Of a DNA stretch of 64,000 nt, positions 35,602 to 47,100 are shown piece by piece. The translations under genes and the position numbers were made by a program. A model generated the notes under the pieces. That model was not told where the DNA came from and did not search any database. It saw only the letters and a program-made list of their open reading frames with translations. Each line of letters opens with the position of its first letter. Within the stretch, counting starts at the first letter, position 1. Source of the DNA: Bacteroidales bacterium (GTDB lineage: Bacteria; Bacteroidota; Bacteroidia; Bacteroidales; GCA-2748055); assembly GCA_038316435.1 (NCBI GenBank), contig JBBQAQ010000002.1, forward strand, positions 22,808 to 86,807, in the 5' to 3' direction.

Positions 35602-37461
35602 TTATTGTTTTTCAACAATCTGATCAATTATACTGAATAACTTCGGACTGGCTTTTCCTTCATCAACCAGCTTTCGCCAGATGGAATAAACAGCCACATT
35701 CCATCCCATGTTTGGTTTCCAGGGTTCACTTGTGATTGTATTTAAGCATTCATAAGTGGTTGCCCCGGCTTCAAAATCGAGAGAGACTCTCCAGATAAGT
35801 TCATCCTCTGCTTCTGGAATGCCATGAAGGTATGCGCAAATCAGAAATAAATTGTCGTACAAGAAGTAAGACCCGCCTTTGAAATATCTGCCATCGGGCA
35901 TTTTTTCGCGATTTACCTGTGAAGTGTAGTTTTCGACATTATACATGGCAGCCGGTAAATAATTGCCATCGGGCAGGCTCACGACTTTGAATCCATATTT
36001 CGTTTTTGAGTATTTAACTAATCTGTCATAATGCTGCCTTACTGTATTATCGTCGAGTAATTTACGATCGAAATAAATCTGGGCAAGCAAATCAGGAACC
36101 AGAGGGTCGGGACCCATTATTTTGTTTTTCTTCCGGCTGATGGGGTAAAAGCCAAAATCTGTATTAAACATATTTTTATACTCCTGAATAGCTTTTGCAG
36201 GATCAGATTTTACTCTCAGACCCATTTCCTTTGCCGCAGTAAGAACCAATGCGAACAGTCCCTGATTGAAGCTGATTACATCAACTTTATCGAATGCTAT
36301 TACATCACCCCAATACTGAAAATCCAAACGGCCATCCTTTTCCGTATAGCTGTAGAAACAGTTTCCCCTTGCCCTGGATTCGATAGCATCAAGGTAGGCC
36401 TGTACTTTAGGCAGATCAACCTGTTTCCCTTCTTTAAATGAACGGTAAGCCCAGATTACAGCCATAAGTGGATATTCGGCATAGGTATTTACTTCAGCAA
36501 GTTCGTTTTTGATACATTCTGTTGACCAGTCTGGATCCAGCATAGTCGAAATCCAGAAAGCATCACGGCAATACTGTATATTCCCGTATTCAACTGAAGG
36601 AACAACCCAGTATTTGCTTTTACCGGTTTCATTTACGCGGAGATTCATGTAAGCAGTTGTATATGATAAAGAACCGAAATAATCGCTCACTCTGCCTCCT
36701 GAAAAATGTTTTGCTGTTAACTGGTTAACATCTTTCCGTAGACCTTTGAAATCTTTAGCCTGACTCTTAAAAATAATACCATCAAAGCTATATGGATTAT
36801 TTTTTGATAGAGGATGATAATATGACATGATTTTCCCTGGTGCCATTACCTGAGTTTTGTCGGTGTTGTAGTCCAGTTTCAATGCTTCTGAAGTATCGGG
36901 TTTAAGGCCGGGAGTTTCACCATTATCGCCTGATGACAATTCAATTACCTGTCGCAGAGTATAATAAGCCTGACTTGTAAAATTGTTGTAAAGTGCAGGA
37001 CTTCCATTCAGTGCTACAATAAAACTATTATTATTTTTTAGCGCAACCATAGGAACAGCCTGTTTGGCGATACCTTCCGAAACCCAGGCATTCACATCGT
37101 GAGGGCTCTGACGAAAAATTTCAGGGCTTTTTACTTCGCCGTTGAAATTATAAGGAATGCTCGTAGTATCATAGCAGCATTTTAGTGAGAAGTACATTTC
37201 CTTTCCTGCGCTTTTGGTTGATGCAACTGCTTTAAAAACTGTGTATTTTTCTTTTGGCTCCAAGGTAAAAACAACATGAATGCCTTCAACTGTTTTTTGA
37301 AAAGTTAAAGGCTTGTCTATATCATTAAAAGTAAGCAGTTCAATATCTTCTTTGCCGGCTTGTTTTATTACAACCGACCAGGTCGGAACTTTGCTATTTA
37401 TGAGTGAACATCCTGTTATAATTAAAATAACAAGTGCAAATAGAGAAAAAAATCTTTTCAT
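35602..37461 (-). CDS. Lipoprotein with N-terminal beta-sandwich-like region and C-terminal helix-repeat region; possible (alpha/alpha)6 glycosidase, family not recognised
   Basis: Lipobox ITGC. The C-terminal half has spaced aromatic/acidic motifs (YCRDAFWIS, FQYWGD, FNQGLF, GGSYFLYDN) reminiscent of six-hairpin glycosidases. Located inside the PUL. Confidence 0.55.
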   Translation of the reverse strand: MKRFFSLFALVILIITGCSLINSKVPTWSVVIKQAGKEDIELLTFNDIDKPLTFQKTVEGIHVVFTLEPKEKYTVFKAVASTKSAGKEMYFSLKCCYDTTSIPYNFNGEVKSPEIFRQSPHDVNAWVSEGIAKQAVPMVALKNNNSFIVALNGSPALYNNFTSQAYYTLRQVIELSSGDNGETPGLKPDTSEALKLDYNTDKTQVMAPGKIMSYYHPLSKNNPYSFDGIIFKSQAKDFKGLRKDVNQLTAKHFSGGRVSDYFGSLSYTTAYMNLRVNETGKSKYWVVPSVEYGNIQYCRDAFWISTMLDPDWSTECIKNELAEVNTYAEYPLMAVIWAYRSFKEGKQVDLPKVQAYLDAIESRARGNCFYSYTEKDGRLDFQYWGDVIAFDKVDVISFNQGLFALVLTAAKEMGLRVKSDPAKAIQEYKNMFNTDFGFYPISRKKNKIMGPDPLVPDLLAQIYFDRKLLDDNTVRQHYDRLVKYSKTKYGFKVVSLPDGNYLPAAMYNVENYTSQVNREKMPDGRYFKGGSYFLYDNLFLICAYLHGIPEAEDELIWRVSLDFEAGATTYECLNTITSEPWKPNMGWNVAVYSIWRKLVDEGKASPKLFSIIDQIVEKQ

Positions 37462-37477
37462 TTTTCAGATTGGTTGT

Positions 37478-39319
37478 TTATTTTCCTTCTTCCATAAATT
37501 TCATAATACCCATCAGGGCTCCCCAATGATAATAAGGGGCACAGTTCAATTGATCTTTGCGATTTGTAACGCCTTTGCCCGAGTTGATGTTTTCGAAAAC
37601 GGCCCCGTGTTTTTGCCAGGCTTCGATAAAGAGGTTATATGACTTTTCGGCTAAATCATTGGCAGCTTTATTATCGTAATCGCGTAACCCCAGGTAAACA
37701 AGGAAATTCATTGGCCCCCAGATAGCCCCACGCCAGTAATTGTTGTTGTATGCCTCATCATTAAATGCACATGAAGGCAGCAAATAGTCGCTATAAAATT
37801 CTTTAGAATTGTAGAAATGTTCGGTTACCATTCTTTTGGCTTGCTCTTTAGTTGGGATACCTGCCATCATGGGATAAAACATAGTTGGACTCAAACATTG
37901 ACTGAAGCCAGATTTATCCAGAAATTTATTGAGATAGATGCCTGATTTTTCATCCCAGAGATTTTGAGTTATGAGTTTGTATTGACTGGCACGAGCTAAT
38001 AGTTCTTTTTCATCCTCAGTTTTGCCTAAGGTTGCAGCAATTTTTGCAAGACTAATACAATCCGAAACATACATACTGTTTAACCCTACATCGGCAATAT
38101 TGTAAACGGAGTTTTCACCGATATCTTTCATTTCAGCCTCATCATACATCGGGGAGTTGTCGAGGCCTGATTCCCATGCAGCCATCTGATGGCCATAACC
38201 TTTTGAGCAACCCCAGGTTAGGAATGTACTATTTACCCGGTTTTTCACCCACCACCGGTTCCAGCTGAGTAATTCGTTATAAACTTCTTCAAGAAACCAT
38301 TTTTCATGGTATTTTTCATAAATCATGCGGCAAATCATACTCCCTACAGGTGGCTGTGAGATACCAGTAGCTACCATGCCAGGCATTTGCCACTGACCGA
38401 CATAACCTTGCTCATTAATTCCTGTAGTAATGGCAATTGCATTGCTGTAGGCAAGTTCTTTGTTATCGAGAGCAAACAGGTACGAAGCAAAATATGTATC
38501 CCATTCAAAAAGCACATATCCCTGCCAGGCTTCGTTCCAGCTACGTGATACAGGAGTAATAACCCTGTTTTTTTCAGCGTCAAAAATTGTATTCCAGCCC
38601 AAAACTGATTGAATGGCTCTGAAGCCTTCTGCTAGTTCGCCATACTTCTCTGAATAGGAAAAGTATTCTTTTTGCGCATTTTCAACAATTGACTTTAATT
38701 CAACAATCGACTTTTCCTTACCGGTATAAAAACCGATAGCTGAATCCCCTTTAAAAGCCATATATGGGGAAGTATATGCCTGATAGGATTCAAAGTTATC
38801 ACGTGTCGATCTGATAACATATTCATTGTCAGTGAATGAAGCTGTAATTATTTTGCCCATTCGTTTAATGTTACCTTCCCGGTTCCACATCATCCCACAT
38901 TCGAGTTCGATGGAGTAGTGAATATTAGGAGAATGGATAACTGGTGTTACCAGAATTACAATATCCTTTCCTTTGGATGCCGATTGCACCCTGATGGTAT
39001 TACCTTTCCAGTTTTGGATGATAAGTTCGGTGTACGATCCATCAAAAGTATGAGCTACCGGACGAACCAGTTCTGAAGTATCGATAATTAATTCATTGAT
39101 AAAGAAGTCGGGATCGCCTGGTGTCCCTATAAAAGACTGACGCAGGTTCAGTTTCATAACAAGCCCTTCAGGCAATAATACGTGGGAAAGCATACTTCCA
39201 TAACTCCATGTATTCCAACCCTTACAAAGTTGTTTCTGAAGCGCAATATAGTTAGTGCTTTGCGAAAATGTGCTTTGAAAAAGCAATGTCAACAAAACAG
39301 CAAAAACAAATTTTTTCAT
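37478..39319 (-). CDS. GH63-like / MGH1-like (alpha/alpha)6 glycoside hydrolase (trehalase-related fold)
   Basis: Signal peptide. FEWDTYFASYLFA and NYWRGAIWGPMNFLVY motifs, as in GH63/mannosylglycerate-hydrolase-like enzymes. Confidence 0.75.
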   Translation of the reverse strand: MKKFVFAVLLTLLFQSTFSQSTNYIALQKQLCKGWNTWSYGSMLSHVLLPEGLVMKLNLRQSFIGTPGDPDFFINELIIDTSELVRPVAHTFDGSYTELIIQNWKGNTIRVQSASKGKDIVILVTPVIHSPNIHYSIELECGMMWNREGNIKRMGKIITASFTDNEYVIRSTRDNFESYQAYTSPYMAFKGDSAIGFYTGKEKSIVELKSIVENAQKEYFSYSEKYGELAEGFRAIQSVLGWNTIFDAEKNRVITPVSRSWNEAWQGYVLFEWDTYFASYLFALDNKELAYSNAIAITTGINEQGYVGQWQMPGMVATGISQPPVGSMICRMIYEKYHEKWFLEEVYNELLSWNRWWVKNRVNSTFLTWGCSKGYGHQMAAWESGLDNSPMYDEAEMKDIGENSVYNIADVGLNSMYVSDCISLAKIAATLGKTEDEKELLARASQYKLITQNLWDEKSGIYLNKFLDKSGFSQCLSPTMFYPMMAGIPTKEQAKRMVTEHFYNSKEFYSDYLLPSCAFNDEAYNNNYWRGAIWGPMNFLVYLGLRDYDNKAANDLAEKSYNLFIEAWQKHGAVFENINSGKGVTNRKDQLNCAPYYHWGALMGIMKFMEEGK

Positions 39320-39440
39320 TTTTTCAAATAATGAGAATTAGAATTTTAAGGGAATGTCCTTGTCATTGATTACATCCTGTTCATACATTGTCAGTATATC
39401 CTCAACAAATTTGAAACAGGTGCTTAAAGTGACAGAGTGA

Positions 39441-39480
39441 TTTTTAAAATTAAGGGGAACAGCTTATGCTATTCCCCTCC
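39441..39480 (-). terminator. Weak internal terminator candidate within the PUL
   Basis: A 7-bp stem AGGGGAA/TTCCCCT (39453-59 / 39472-78) with a 12-nt loop, followed on the minus strand by UAAUUUUAAAAA. It lies in the 290-bp gap after the 39610 gene. Confidence 0.35.
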
Positions 39481-39609
39481 CTCAATCAAATGAATGTCAA
39501 ATTAAAGGTTTCACAGCAGTAACTTTTCAGGAGCATAAACGATTCATAATGTCTAAAGCTCTGATTATTCCGCTGATTTATTATTCCATTATAAAGGGAA
39601 TCACTGCCA

Positions 39610-40554
39610 TTATTCAACTGCATTTATAACCAGTTTATCAATGGCTATTCCATTTCCAAAGGTTGACGCCCCTCCCTTACCAACTTTAATTGCCAGATAA
39701 TAAGTGCCAGCTGCTGTTACAGCAAATTTGCCGGTAGAATTACATAAATTGGTAACGAAAATATCATATTTCATTGGTCCGTCCATTGCTGGCACAATCA
39801 CATTCCAACCAGTCCAGGAGCCATAATACCAGCCAGTTACGCGTGCCAAGTTGTAGCCGTCATTTAGCGTTGGTTGAGTGGTATTAACTATGAACTCAAA
39901 CCATTCATTTTTCATATTAGTTGAGTTTGCAGATGAGTCCTCTCCAGCATGTTTGGTAAGAAAAGAAATCTGATAGTTACCAACTTCCATTGCGCCCAAA
40001 CTTTGGTAGAAGATAGTTCCCTCTTCAAATGGGTTTGCAGGCGCAGTATTGGTCGGGAAAATATACAAGCTACCTCCTGTGCCTAGGGTAGGCTTATATG
40101 CCGTATAACCAAACTGGTATTTAACGTTTGTGTAATTATCGTCTGCATCTTTCTGACCAGAGGTTAAAACGGTCCAAGCAGAAGCATCAGCGGTCTCAAA
40201 ATTACCACCGGTAACATAGTTTTTAGGCAATGGGATGTCAACGCTTACGGTTTTTACTGAAGGTGTTGATCCTAATGCACCAGCAGCTGTTAAAGCAACC
40301 TCGTAAACTCCACCTGTGGCATAGATGTGAATAGGTGAATCTTCAGTTGAAACGGCAGTTCCATCTCCAAAATCCCATGAGTACACTTCTGCATCTTTTG
40401 AAGTGTTTGTAAAAGTTACTTTTTTAGCAGCTCCATCAATTACATAGGTGAAATCAGCAACTGGCTGAACAATAGGATCATCCTTTTTGCAGGATGCAGA
40501 TACAATCAACAATGCTCCGATTAGAAGCGCAAAATTAAATTTTGTTGTTTTCAT
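39610..40554 (-). CDS. Surface lipoprotein with PKD domain and CBM-like jelly-roll (candidate surface glycan-binding protein)
   Basis: Lipobox VSASC. PKD motif (FTNTS...WDFGDGT...YEVALTA). C-terminal ~190 aa beta-rich, aromatic-rich region. Confidence 0.75.
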   Translation of the reverse strand: MKTTKFNFALLIGALLIVSASCKKDDPIVQPVADFTYVIDGAAKKVTFTNTSKDAEVYSWDFGDGTAVSTEDSPIHIYATGGVYEVALTAAGALGSTPSVKTVSVDIPLPKNYVTGGNFETADASAWTVLTSGQKDADDNYTNVKYQFGYTAYKPTLGTGGSLYIFPTNTAPANPFEEGTIFYQSLGAMEVGNYQISFLTKHAGEDSSANSTNMKNEWFEFIVNTTQPTLNDGYNLARVTGWYYGSWTGWNVIVPAMDGPMKYDIFVTNLCNSTGKFAVTAAGTYYLAIKVGKGGASTFGNGIAIDKLVINAVE

Positions 40555-40647
40555 AATGAATTGGTTTTTGTTTTAATTGATTGAAATAAGGATTAATTAG
40601 TAATAGAATAATGTTTGTATTTCATTGATTTACTTTACTTTAATTTA

Positions 40648-42582
40648 TTAAAATTCCCAGCGGCCAATATCAGGGGCAGAACCTTTATAAGGAATTCCAA
40701 CATCAACTCCTTTATCGACGGCAGTACTTTGTTCGGAGAAAACCTTATAATAAGTGTCCCATTTATCACCTGAGAACTGAAAGTCTGGATTCTGTGAAAG
40801 ATTGTCTGTTTGTGAAATCATTGTTCCTGATATTATCCAATCAGGGTTTACTACATTGAATTTCAGATTATTAATAAATGTTAACTGGTGTGCTGACGAC
40901 TCAACATCTGCAACCTTAATTCCAAGAAATGCATTGTTTTTTGCAACAACATCCAGTATTCGATTACCTTTTATTTTTATGCCCCTTCGAAATGAATCAA
41001 ATACATTGTTATAGATCCTAATGTTCTTGAAATCCCAGTTACGGCTATTGTCGATGTAAATAGCGGGTGATCCTGCCCAGTTGTCGTTAAGGATAGAATT
41101 GTAAAAAATATTATTTCTGATTGTAATATTTTCCCTTCCCATATCCCAAATGGCGATTCCAATACCTTTGTTTTCAAAATACGAATCATATACTTCGACC
41201 TTGGGAGCACCAATTTCAACCGCCTCTTTCCCGCTGATACCGTCCTGATCAATCATTTTAATATCATGAACTCTCATATTTTTAACCAAGGACTGATCAG
41301 CGAACATTTCGGGATGATTTACAATGGAAAGCCAGGTGTTGCAGGTAATATTGAAGATTTCGTTTCCGGAGCCAACGTTCCAGAGTTCAATGGAAATATC
41401 TTCTCCCCATTTTTGATCTGATTCGTTAACCGCGATATTGCAATCATGAATTTTTACATTTTTGAAATACCCGTCATATATAAACTTGATGCCATATCCC
41501 TCGTTATCATTGATGGTAATGTTATATATTTCTGCTCCATCAAGCTGGGCAATATTTAGGTTGCCAAGAGTTTCGTCTGCAAGGTCTTTACCCGAATTCG
41601 TAAATGTGCATTCGTATATTTTTATGTTAGTCATGTAAAATCCAGGGTATGCGTACCAGATTTTATTGCCAGGAGCAAATACAGCGCCACGCTGTGCAAG
41701 ATTCATAAATGAGACATTGTGCATGGTCACATTGTTTCTATTTTCGACCCAAACTCCGGTTTTAAGTGATTTACTATTCCCATCAATTGTAAATCCGCTA
41801 ATACTCTGGTTTCCATTTGCCGGAACAATCACTGCACTATTGGGATTACGGAACAATTCATTGTGCGGTGATACAAGCTGAATAAGGCTGCCATCATACC
41901 AAAGCTTGTAATCTTTATCACCTGTATTAATAGATGAAGGTATTCTTACTCCTTTTGAACTGAGGATGGTAAGGTTTTCGCCAGCGCCTTTAATGTTAAC
42001 ACCTATTGGAATGATTGAAGGTTCTGTTTCTTCAAAAGTACCCTCGCTTAGAAAAATAGTATCGTTTTCACCACCAGGTACCATAGTTGCTGCATATGCG
42101 AGGGTTTTGAAAGATTTAATTGACGTTCCGTTTCCAGGGTTATCTATGCCATTAGGCGATACATAGTATCCGGTAATTCCCGGCGATGGATCAGGGGGCA
42201 ACGCTCTAGTGCGAAAATAAATTCCGGAATTTGTTGCAATTGTGCTTCCTGAGGAATTTTCAGCAATAACTTTCCAATAAAATCTGGTATTGGCCGGTAG
42301 TTCTGTAACAGTCTGATAGTTCGTTGCAGTTAAACCAGATATATCTATTTGTGGGTTAGCAAAGTTTTCATCCTGTGAAACAACCAATTTATATTGTGTT
42401 GCATTGGTAGAAGCTCCCCATGAAAATGAAGGTATAAAAGAAACATTGATTTCATTGGTTGATGGAACCGCCTGAACGAAAGTGCTTGCAGCTGGCATAT
42501 CCGGATTATCATTCTTACATGATATACATTGTAATATCATGCAAAACAGTAAGCAGTTAGTCATCAGGTTATTTCGTTTCAT
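40648..42582 (-). CDS. Lipoprotein: Fn3-like domain plus right-handed parallel beta-helix (pectate-lyase fold) protein
   Basis: Lipobox CISC. Fn3-like N-terminus (YKLVVSQDENF...YWKV). Many beta-helix rungs (NVTMHNVSF, NIKIYECTF, NITINDN, NVKIHDCNI, NITIRNNIF, NIRIYNNVF). C-terminal GSAPDIGRWEF motif, common in this fold. Confidence 0.75.
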   Translation of the reverse strand: MKRNNLMTNCLLFCMILQCISCKNDNPDMPAASTFVQAVPSTNEINVSFIPSFSWGASTNATQYKLVVSQDENFANPQIDISGLTATNYQTVTELPANTRFYWKVIAENSSGSTIATNSGIYFRTRALPPDPSPGITGYYVSPNGIDNPGNGTSIKSFKTLAYAATMVPGGENDTIFLSEGTFEETEPSIIPIGVNIKGAGENLTILSSKGVRIPSSINTGDKDYKLWYDGSLIQLVSPHNELFRNPNSAVIVPANGNQSISGFTIDGNSKSLKTGVWVENRNNVTMHNVSFMNLAQRGAVFAPGNKIWYAYPGFYMTNIKIYECTFTNSGKDLADETLGNLNIAQLDGAEIYNITINDNEGYGIKFIYDGYFKNVKIHDCNIAVNESDQKWGEDISIELWNVGSGNEIFNITCNTWLSIVNHPEMFADQSLVKNMRVHDIKMIDQDGISGKEAVEIGAPKVEVYDSYFENKGIGIAIWDMGRENITIRNNIFYNSILNDNWAGSPAIYIDNSRNWDFKNIRIYNNVFDSFRRGIKIKGNRILDVVAKNNAFLGIKVADVESSAHQLTFINNLKFNVVNPDWIISGTMISQTDNLSQNPDFQFSGDKWDTYYKVFSEQSTAVDKGVDVGIPYKGSAPDIGRWEF

Positions 42583-42608
42583 TTTGACTTAATTGTAGCC
42601 AGTTAGCC

Positions 42609-44156
42609 TTAAAGGCCTTCGTTATAAATTATTTCTCTTTCAGGAATTGCCCAAATAAAGACATCACTGGTATATGGGTCTGTGCCAGGACCACGCTCAC
42701 CTCTGGATATGTCAATTTTTAATCCACGTAAATAATCGATCCGATCGCCTTCGCTGAACAACTCAATAAGGCGCTCATCATTAATCATTTGCTCTGTTAC
42801 GGTTGCTGACGTTACTTCCTCATAAGGACCGCCCACACTTACATCCCAGGCACGTTTGCGAACTTCATTAAGATCAGAAGCTGCTCCAGATATATCTCCA
42901 TTTCTAAAACGGCAGATTGATCTTGTAAGGCAAACTTCGGCCAACCTGATAAGCGGAACATTGGTATTCATCAGGCCAGTTCCTCTATAATATTTGTTAC
43001 ACCAAAGTGTAGTAATGTTGGTTATTGCTGACCTACTATCCACATCCTGCTCTGGCTTGGACATTCCAACAGGATAGCGTACAGCAAAAAGTTGCTGAAA
43101 ACGTTTGTCTGTTCGTGCAGCAATATTAAATGTAGTGTCAGTTAAAGGATCATTCATCCATCCTATCCTTTTAATAACGCTTTCGGCCAAATGGGTTTCG
43201 GCCCAGCTGCAAAGGTGATTTTCCCAGGTGTTATTTAACTCGCTTAAATGTTGAGGCGATGGGAGAGTGTTGTCATAATAAGGTGCATAAAATATAACCT
43301 CCTTGGCTCGGCCAAGTGAACTCTTATTGAATGCTTCTATCGGATCTTCAGTCAGATCGAAATCCCCGTTATTATGATCAATGATATAATCGCATTCTGT
43401 CTGGGCATTCTGATAATCACCCATCAGGAAGTAGGTGCGCATGAGCATTGCTGAGGCTGCAAAGCGTGTGGCCCTTACTTGGTATGAGGGATTATGCTTA
43501 CCAGTAATATACTTTTCGGGTAGCATTTCTTTTGCTTTCAAAAAATCGGAAAGAATAAGGTCGAACACCTCCTGTGTATTACCAATCTTCGGATTTTTTG
43601 CTTCTTCGATTGACTTGGCATAAGTTGTTGGCATAGGAATGCCTCCAGTTGCATTATCGCCTCCGGGAACATATGCGTGTCCAAAGGTTGTTTGTAATAG
43701 AAAATAAGAATATGCTCTTATAAAGTGTATTTCGCCAATAATGCGGTTTACATTATTCTCAATATTTTCAGTGCTTTCCGTTGGATAAGGGTTTCCATTA
43801 TTGTTATCAACAAACTCAAGTGCGTTGTTTGCTGTAGCTATTGGCCGATAAAGAAGTAAAATGTTTTTATCCGTATAGGTATTAAATTCATCGGTTTTCC
43901 GCCAATATCCATACGTAGCATCGCTTACCCAGTTTACGTCGTCGCCCATACTTACTTTAACTATCGACCAATTAACCCAGGGGATATTCCATTGGTCGCC
44001 TCCCCATAATCCTGCGTATAAGGCTATTGGAACGCGTTCGAGTTCATCAACAGTGCTCCATGGGTTCTGTGGAGGTCTGTCAAGTTCGAAGTACTTTTCA
44101 CAACCGGAACTAAAAAGAATGAGGCTGAGTAGAGTAATAAATATAGTTTTTTTCAT
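42609..44156 (-). CDS. SusD/RagB-family nutrient-binding outer-membrane lipoprotein
   Basis: Lipobox FSSGC. TPR-like helical core. Immediately downstream of the SusC-like gene (11-nt gap). Confidence 0.9.
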   Translation of the reverse strand: MKKTIFITLLSLILFSSGCEKYFELDRPPQNPWSTVDELERVPIALYAGLWGGDQWNIPWVNWSIVKVSMGDDVNWVSDATYGYWRKTDEFNTYTDKNILLLYRPIATANNALEFVDNNNGNPYPTESTENIENNVNRIIGEIHFIRAYSYFLLQTTFGHAYVPGGDNATGGIPMPTTYAKSIEEAKNPKIGNTQEVFDLILSDFLKAKEMLPEKYITGKHNPSYQVRATRFAASAMLMRTYFLMGDYQNAQTECDYIIDHNNGDFDLTEDPIEAFNKSSLGRAKEVIFYAPYYDNTLPSPQHLSELNNTWENHLCSWAETHLAESVIKRIGWMNDPLTDTTFNIAARTDKRFQQLFAVRYPVGMSKPEQDVDSRSAITNITTLWCNKYYRGTGLMNTNVPLIRLAEVCLTRSICRFRNGDISGAASDLNEVRKRAWDVSVGGPYEEVTSATVTEQMINDERLIELFSEGDRIDYLRGLKIDISRGERGPGTDPYTSDVFIWAIPEREIIYNEGL

Positions 44157-44167
44157 TGTTCTTGTTG

Positions 44168-47100
44168 TTAAAACTTAACGTCAACACCTAAAATGATTGA
44201 TTTTAACTGGGGGATAGCAGAAGAATAATATATCAATCCTGCTCCTTCAGGGTCAAACCCCGGATATTTTGTAAGTGTAAAAAAGTTTGTAGCAGTCATA
44301 TAAACCCGGAAAGCCTGTATTTTTATTTGGTTTAGTATAGTAGGCTTTATTGTATAACCTATTTGCAAATTTCGCAACCTGATAAAATCGCCTTTATAGA
44401 GTTCTCGGTTGTGAAATACGTAGGAATCCCCGAAATCGGCATTTGCCGTACCACCAACAATGAATGTTCCTCGGGCAACAAGCTTGGGATATTTGGTAAT
44501 ATCGCCAACATTTTTCCATGAGTTATCATACAACTCACTTAACACAACCCTCGTTTCGCTCGGCACTGCGGCCATCTGTCTATCATAGTCAAGTATGTAA
44601 TTACCACCTGAAAATGCAATCAGAAAACTTAAGTCAAATCCTTTATATTGAAATGTATTGGTTAAACCACCATAATATTTTGGATCAGTTGAGCTACCTT
44701 GATAAAAACGGTTTGCTGAAATATTTGTGCGGGTTGCAAGGATGAGGCTGTCTTTTCCTGACATATCCTTCAATCTCTCAGTTGCGCCTGTTTCGTCGTA
44801 TTTATTCTTATCGAGGGCATAAATCATTGGAATTCCGGTAGCGCGATTAACTCCTGCCCAATCGGCAACAAACCATTCGTTACGCTGTGATCCCGTTCTT
44901 GATACGTTCGTAGTGCTTATTATTCCCTTTCCACTCTGATCTGCTGCGGATGTAATGCTTTTAATGTTGTTATTATTGAAAGAGACATTAAAATCCGTGC
45001 TCCATTTAAAATCATTTCTGGCTATGTTTACAGAATGCAATTCAAGTTCCACTCCCGAATTCACCATATTGCCCACATTGCCCCATATACTATTGGTTGC
45101 CAAATCATACACACCCCTATCGAAAGCCAGGTCCTGCGACCCCACTCCAGCCGAAACAGGTACCGGCGTCGTAAGCAACATACCGTAAACCAAACGGTGA
45201 TAATATGCGAGCGAGCCATTGATTTTGTTTTGCATCAATCCGAAATCAATGCCCAGGTCGGTGCTTTTTGTTGTTTCCCAGGTAAGATTAGCTGCTTGAA
45301 GGTTAACAGGTACTGTACCGTTTATTCCTAGTATATCTTTGCTGCCGTAGGGAGAGATTCCATTGTAATTTATTACATCAAGTTTTGATGGAACATCCTG
45401 ATTTCCATTTTCGCCATAGCTTCCCCTGAGTTTAACAAAGTTTCCCTCACCAAGAAATGAAGCGAAATTTTCCTCCGTAATGATCCAGCCTGCTGAAAAT
45501 GCTAAAAATGTACCCCAACGATTTTCAGCTGTGAAGGTCGAGGATCCATCCTCACGTGCACTAATCCCAAAAAGATATCGGTCTTTATATTTGTAATTCG
45601 CGCGACCAAAGTAACCTGCAAGATAGCGTTCACCATTTTTGCCACCAGACAAAGAATTCAATACATTAGGGGTTCCCAGTTCCTGATACTTACCAATCAG
45701 ACCTTCGCCACTCATTCTTCTGCTATATTGACCTGTGCGTGTCCCTTCAGCACCTGCGACAATTGTAAAGGAATGTTCTTTAATTTTCTTATCATAGGTA
45801 CTGTAAAGATTAAAATTATATCCCTTATAAGTAATCGCTTCTTCTGTTGCTCTTGAAGATGGTTTCTGAGCTCCATTAAGCCAGATATCGCGGCTTTGCC
45901 ATTCGGCAAGGTTACTTTGTATTATATCCGTACTAAGTTCAGTGCGTACTGAAAGACCTTTTACCTTTATAAAATCATAGTTAACTGATAATACTGCAAG
46001 TCCGCGCAACTGGCCAACATTATTATATGTATTTTCTGAATCGGTCATTGCAGCAGGATTAGCTCCTGTATATGCGTTGAAATATTGATTTGGATTGTCA
46101 GGATTATTTACCGGAAACCATGGAAGTGCATATGTTACAACATTAGTAATTCCATAACTTCTTTGATCATTATCGGAGGATGAAAAGTTCAGTTTTGCCT
46201 CAATTGTCAGGTTTGGGCGGGGATTAATTGTAACATTCGAACGAAGGGAGACTCTCTGAAGATCGTTATTCAGCAGCACACCCTTGTCTTTCCTATAGTT
46301 TCCTGACAGATAAAAAGAACCTTTTTCGAATCCCTGAGAACTTGAAAGATTATATTCTGAAAACGTTCCAGTACGGAAAGTCTTATCGTACCAATTGGTA
46401 TTGATCTGTTCAGCCTGTTCGCGCATTATCCTCGTATATGCCTGCGGAGAAAAACGGTAATAATCATTCATGGTGAATGGGGATCCTGTTGAATTCATGT
46501 AAGCTTTATCCATTACCTTAAACCATTCAGTTGTATTCACATATCCTATATCTTCAGGTGTGCGTGTCAGGTTTGAATATCCGGTTGAATAATTAAAAGT
46601 GACTGAACCGCCTCCCGTTTTACCACTTTTTGTTGTTACTATGATTACTCCGTTTGAAGCTCTCGACCCATAAATAGCAAGTGCTGCTGCATCTTTTAAA
46701 ACCTGTATGCTTTCAATATCATTTGGGTTAATAAGCGACATTGGGTTAAGGTTTGAGGCGCCTAATCCGATTGGACTGCTGTAAACCGGCATTCCATCAA
46801 TGATCCAAAGCGGGTCGGTACTTGAATTGATTGAGTTTGCACCTCTGATTTTGATTATAGCTGCTGCTCCCGGCGTTCCACCCTGCGATTGAACCGAAAC
46901 ACCAGCAGCAAGTCCCTGAAGACCAGCATCGAAAGTGGTCATCGTTTTCGATTTCATTTCAGTCATATTAATTGAGGAAATCGAACCAATAATATCTCTC
47001 TTTTTTTGCATACCGTAACCAATCACCACCAATTCATCCAGATTTTCAGTAGACACTGCCAAAGAAATATTAAGATAATCTGCACCATATGCTGAAACTA

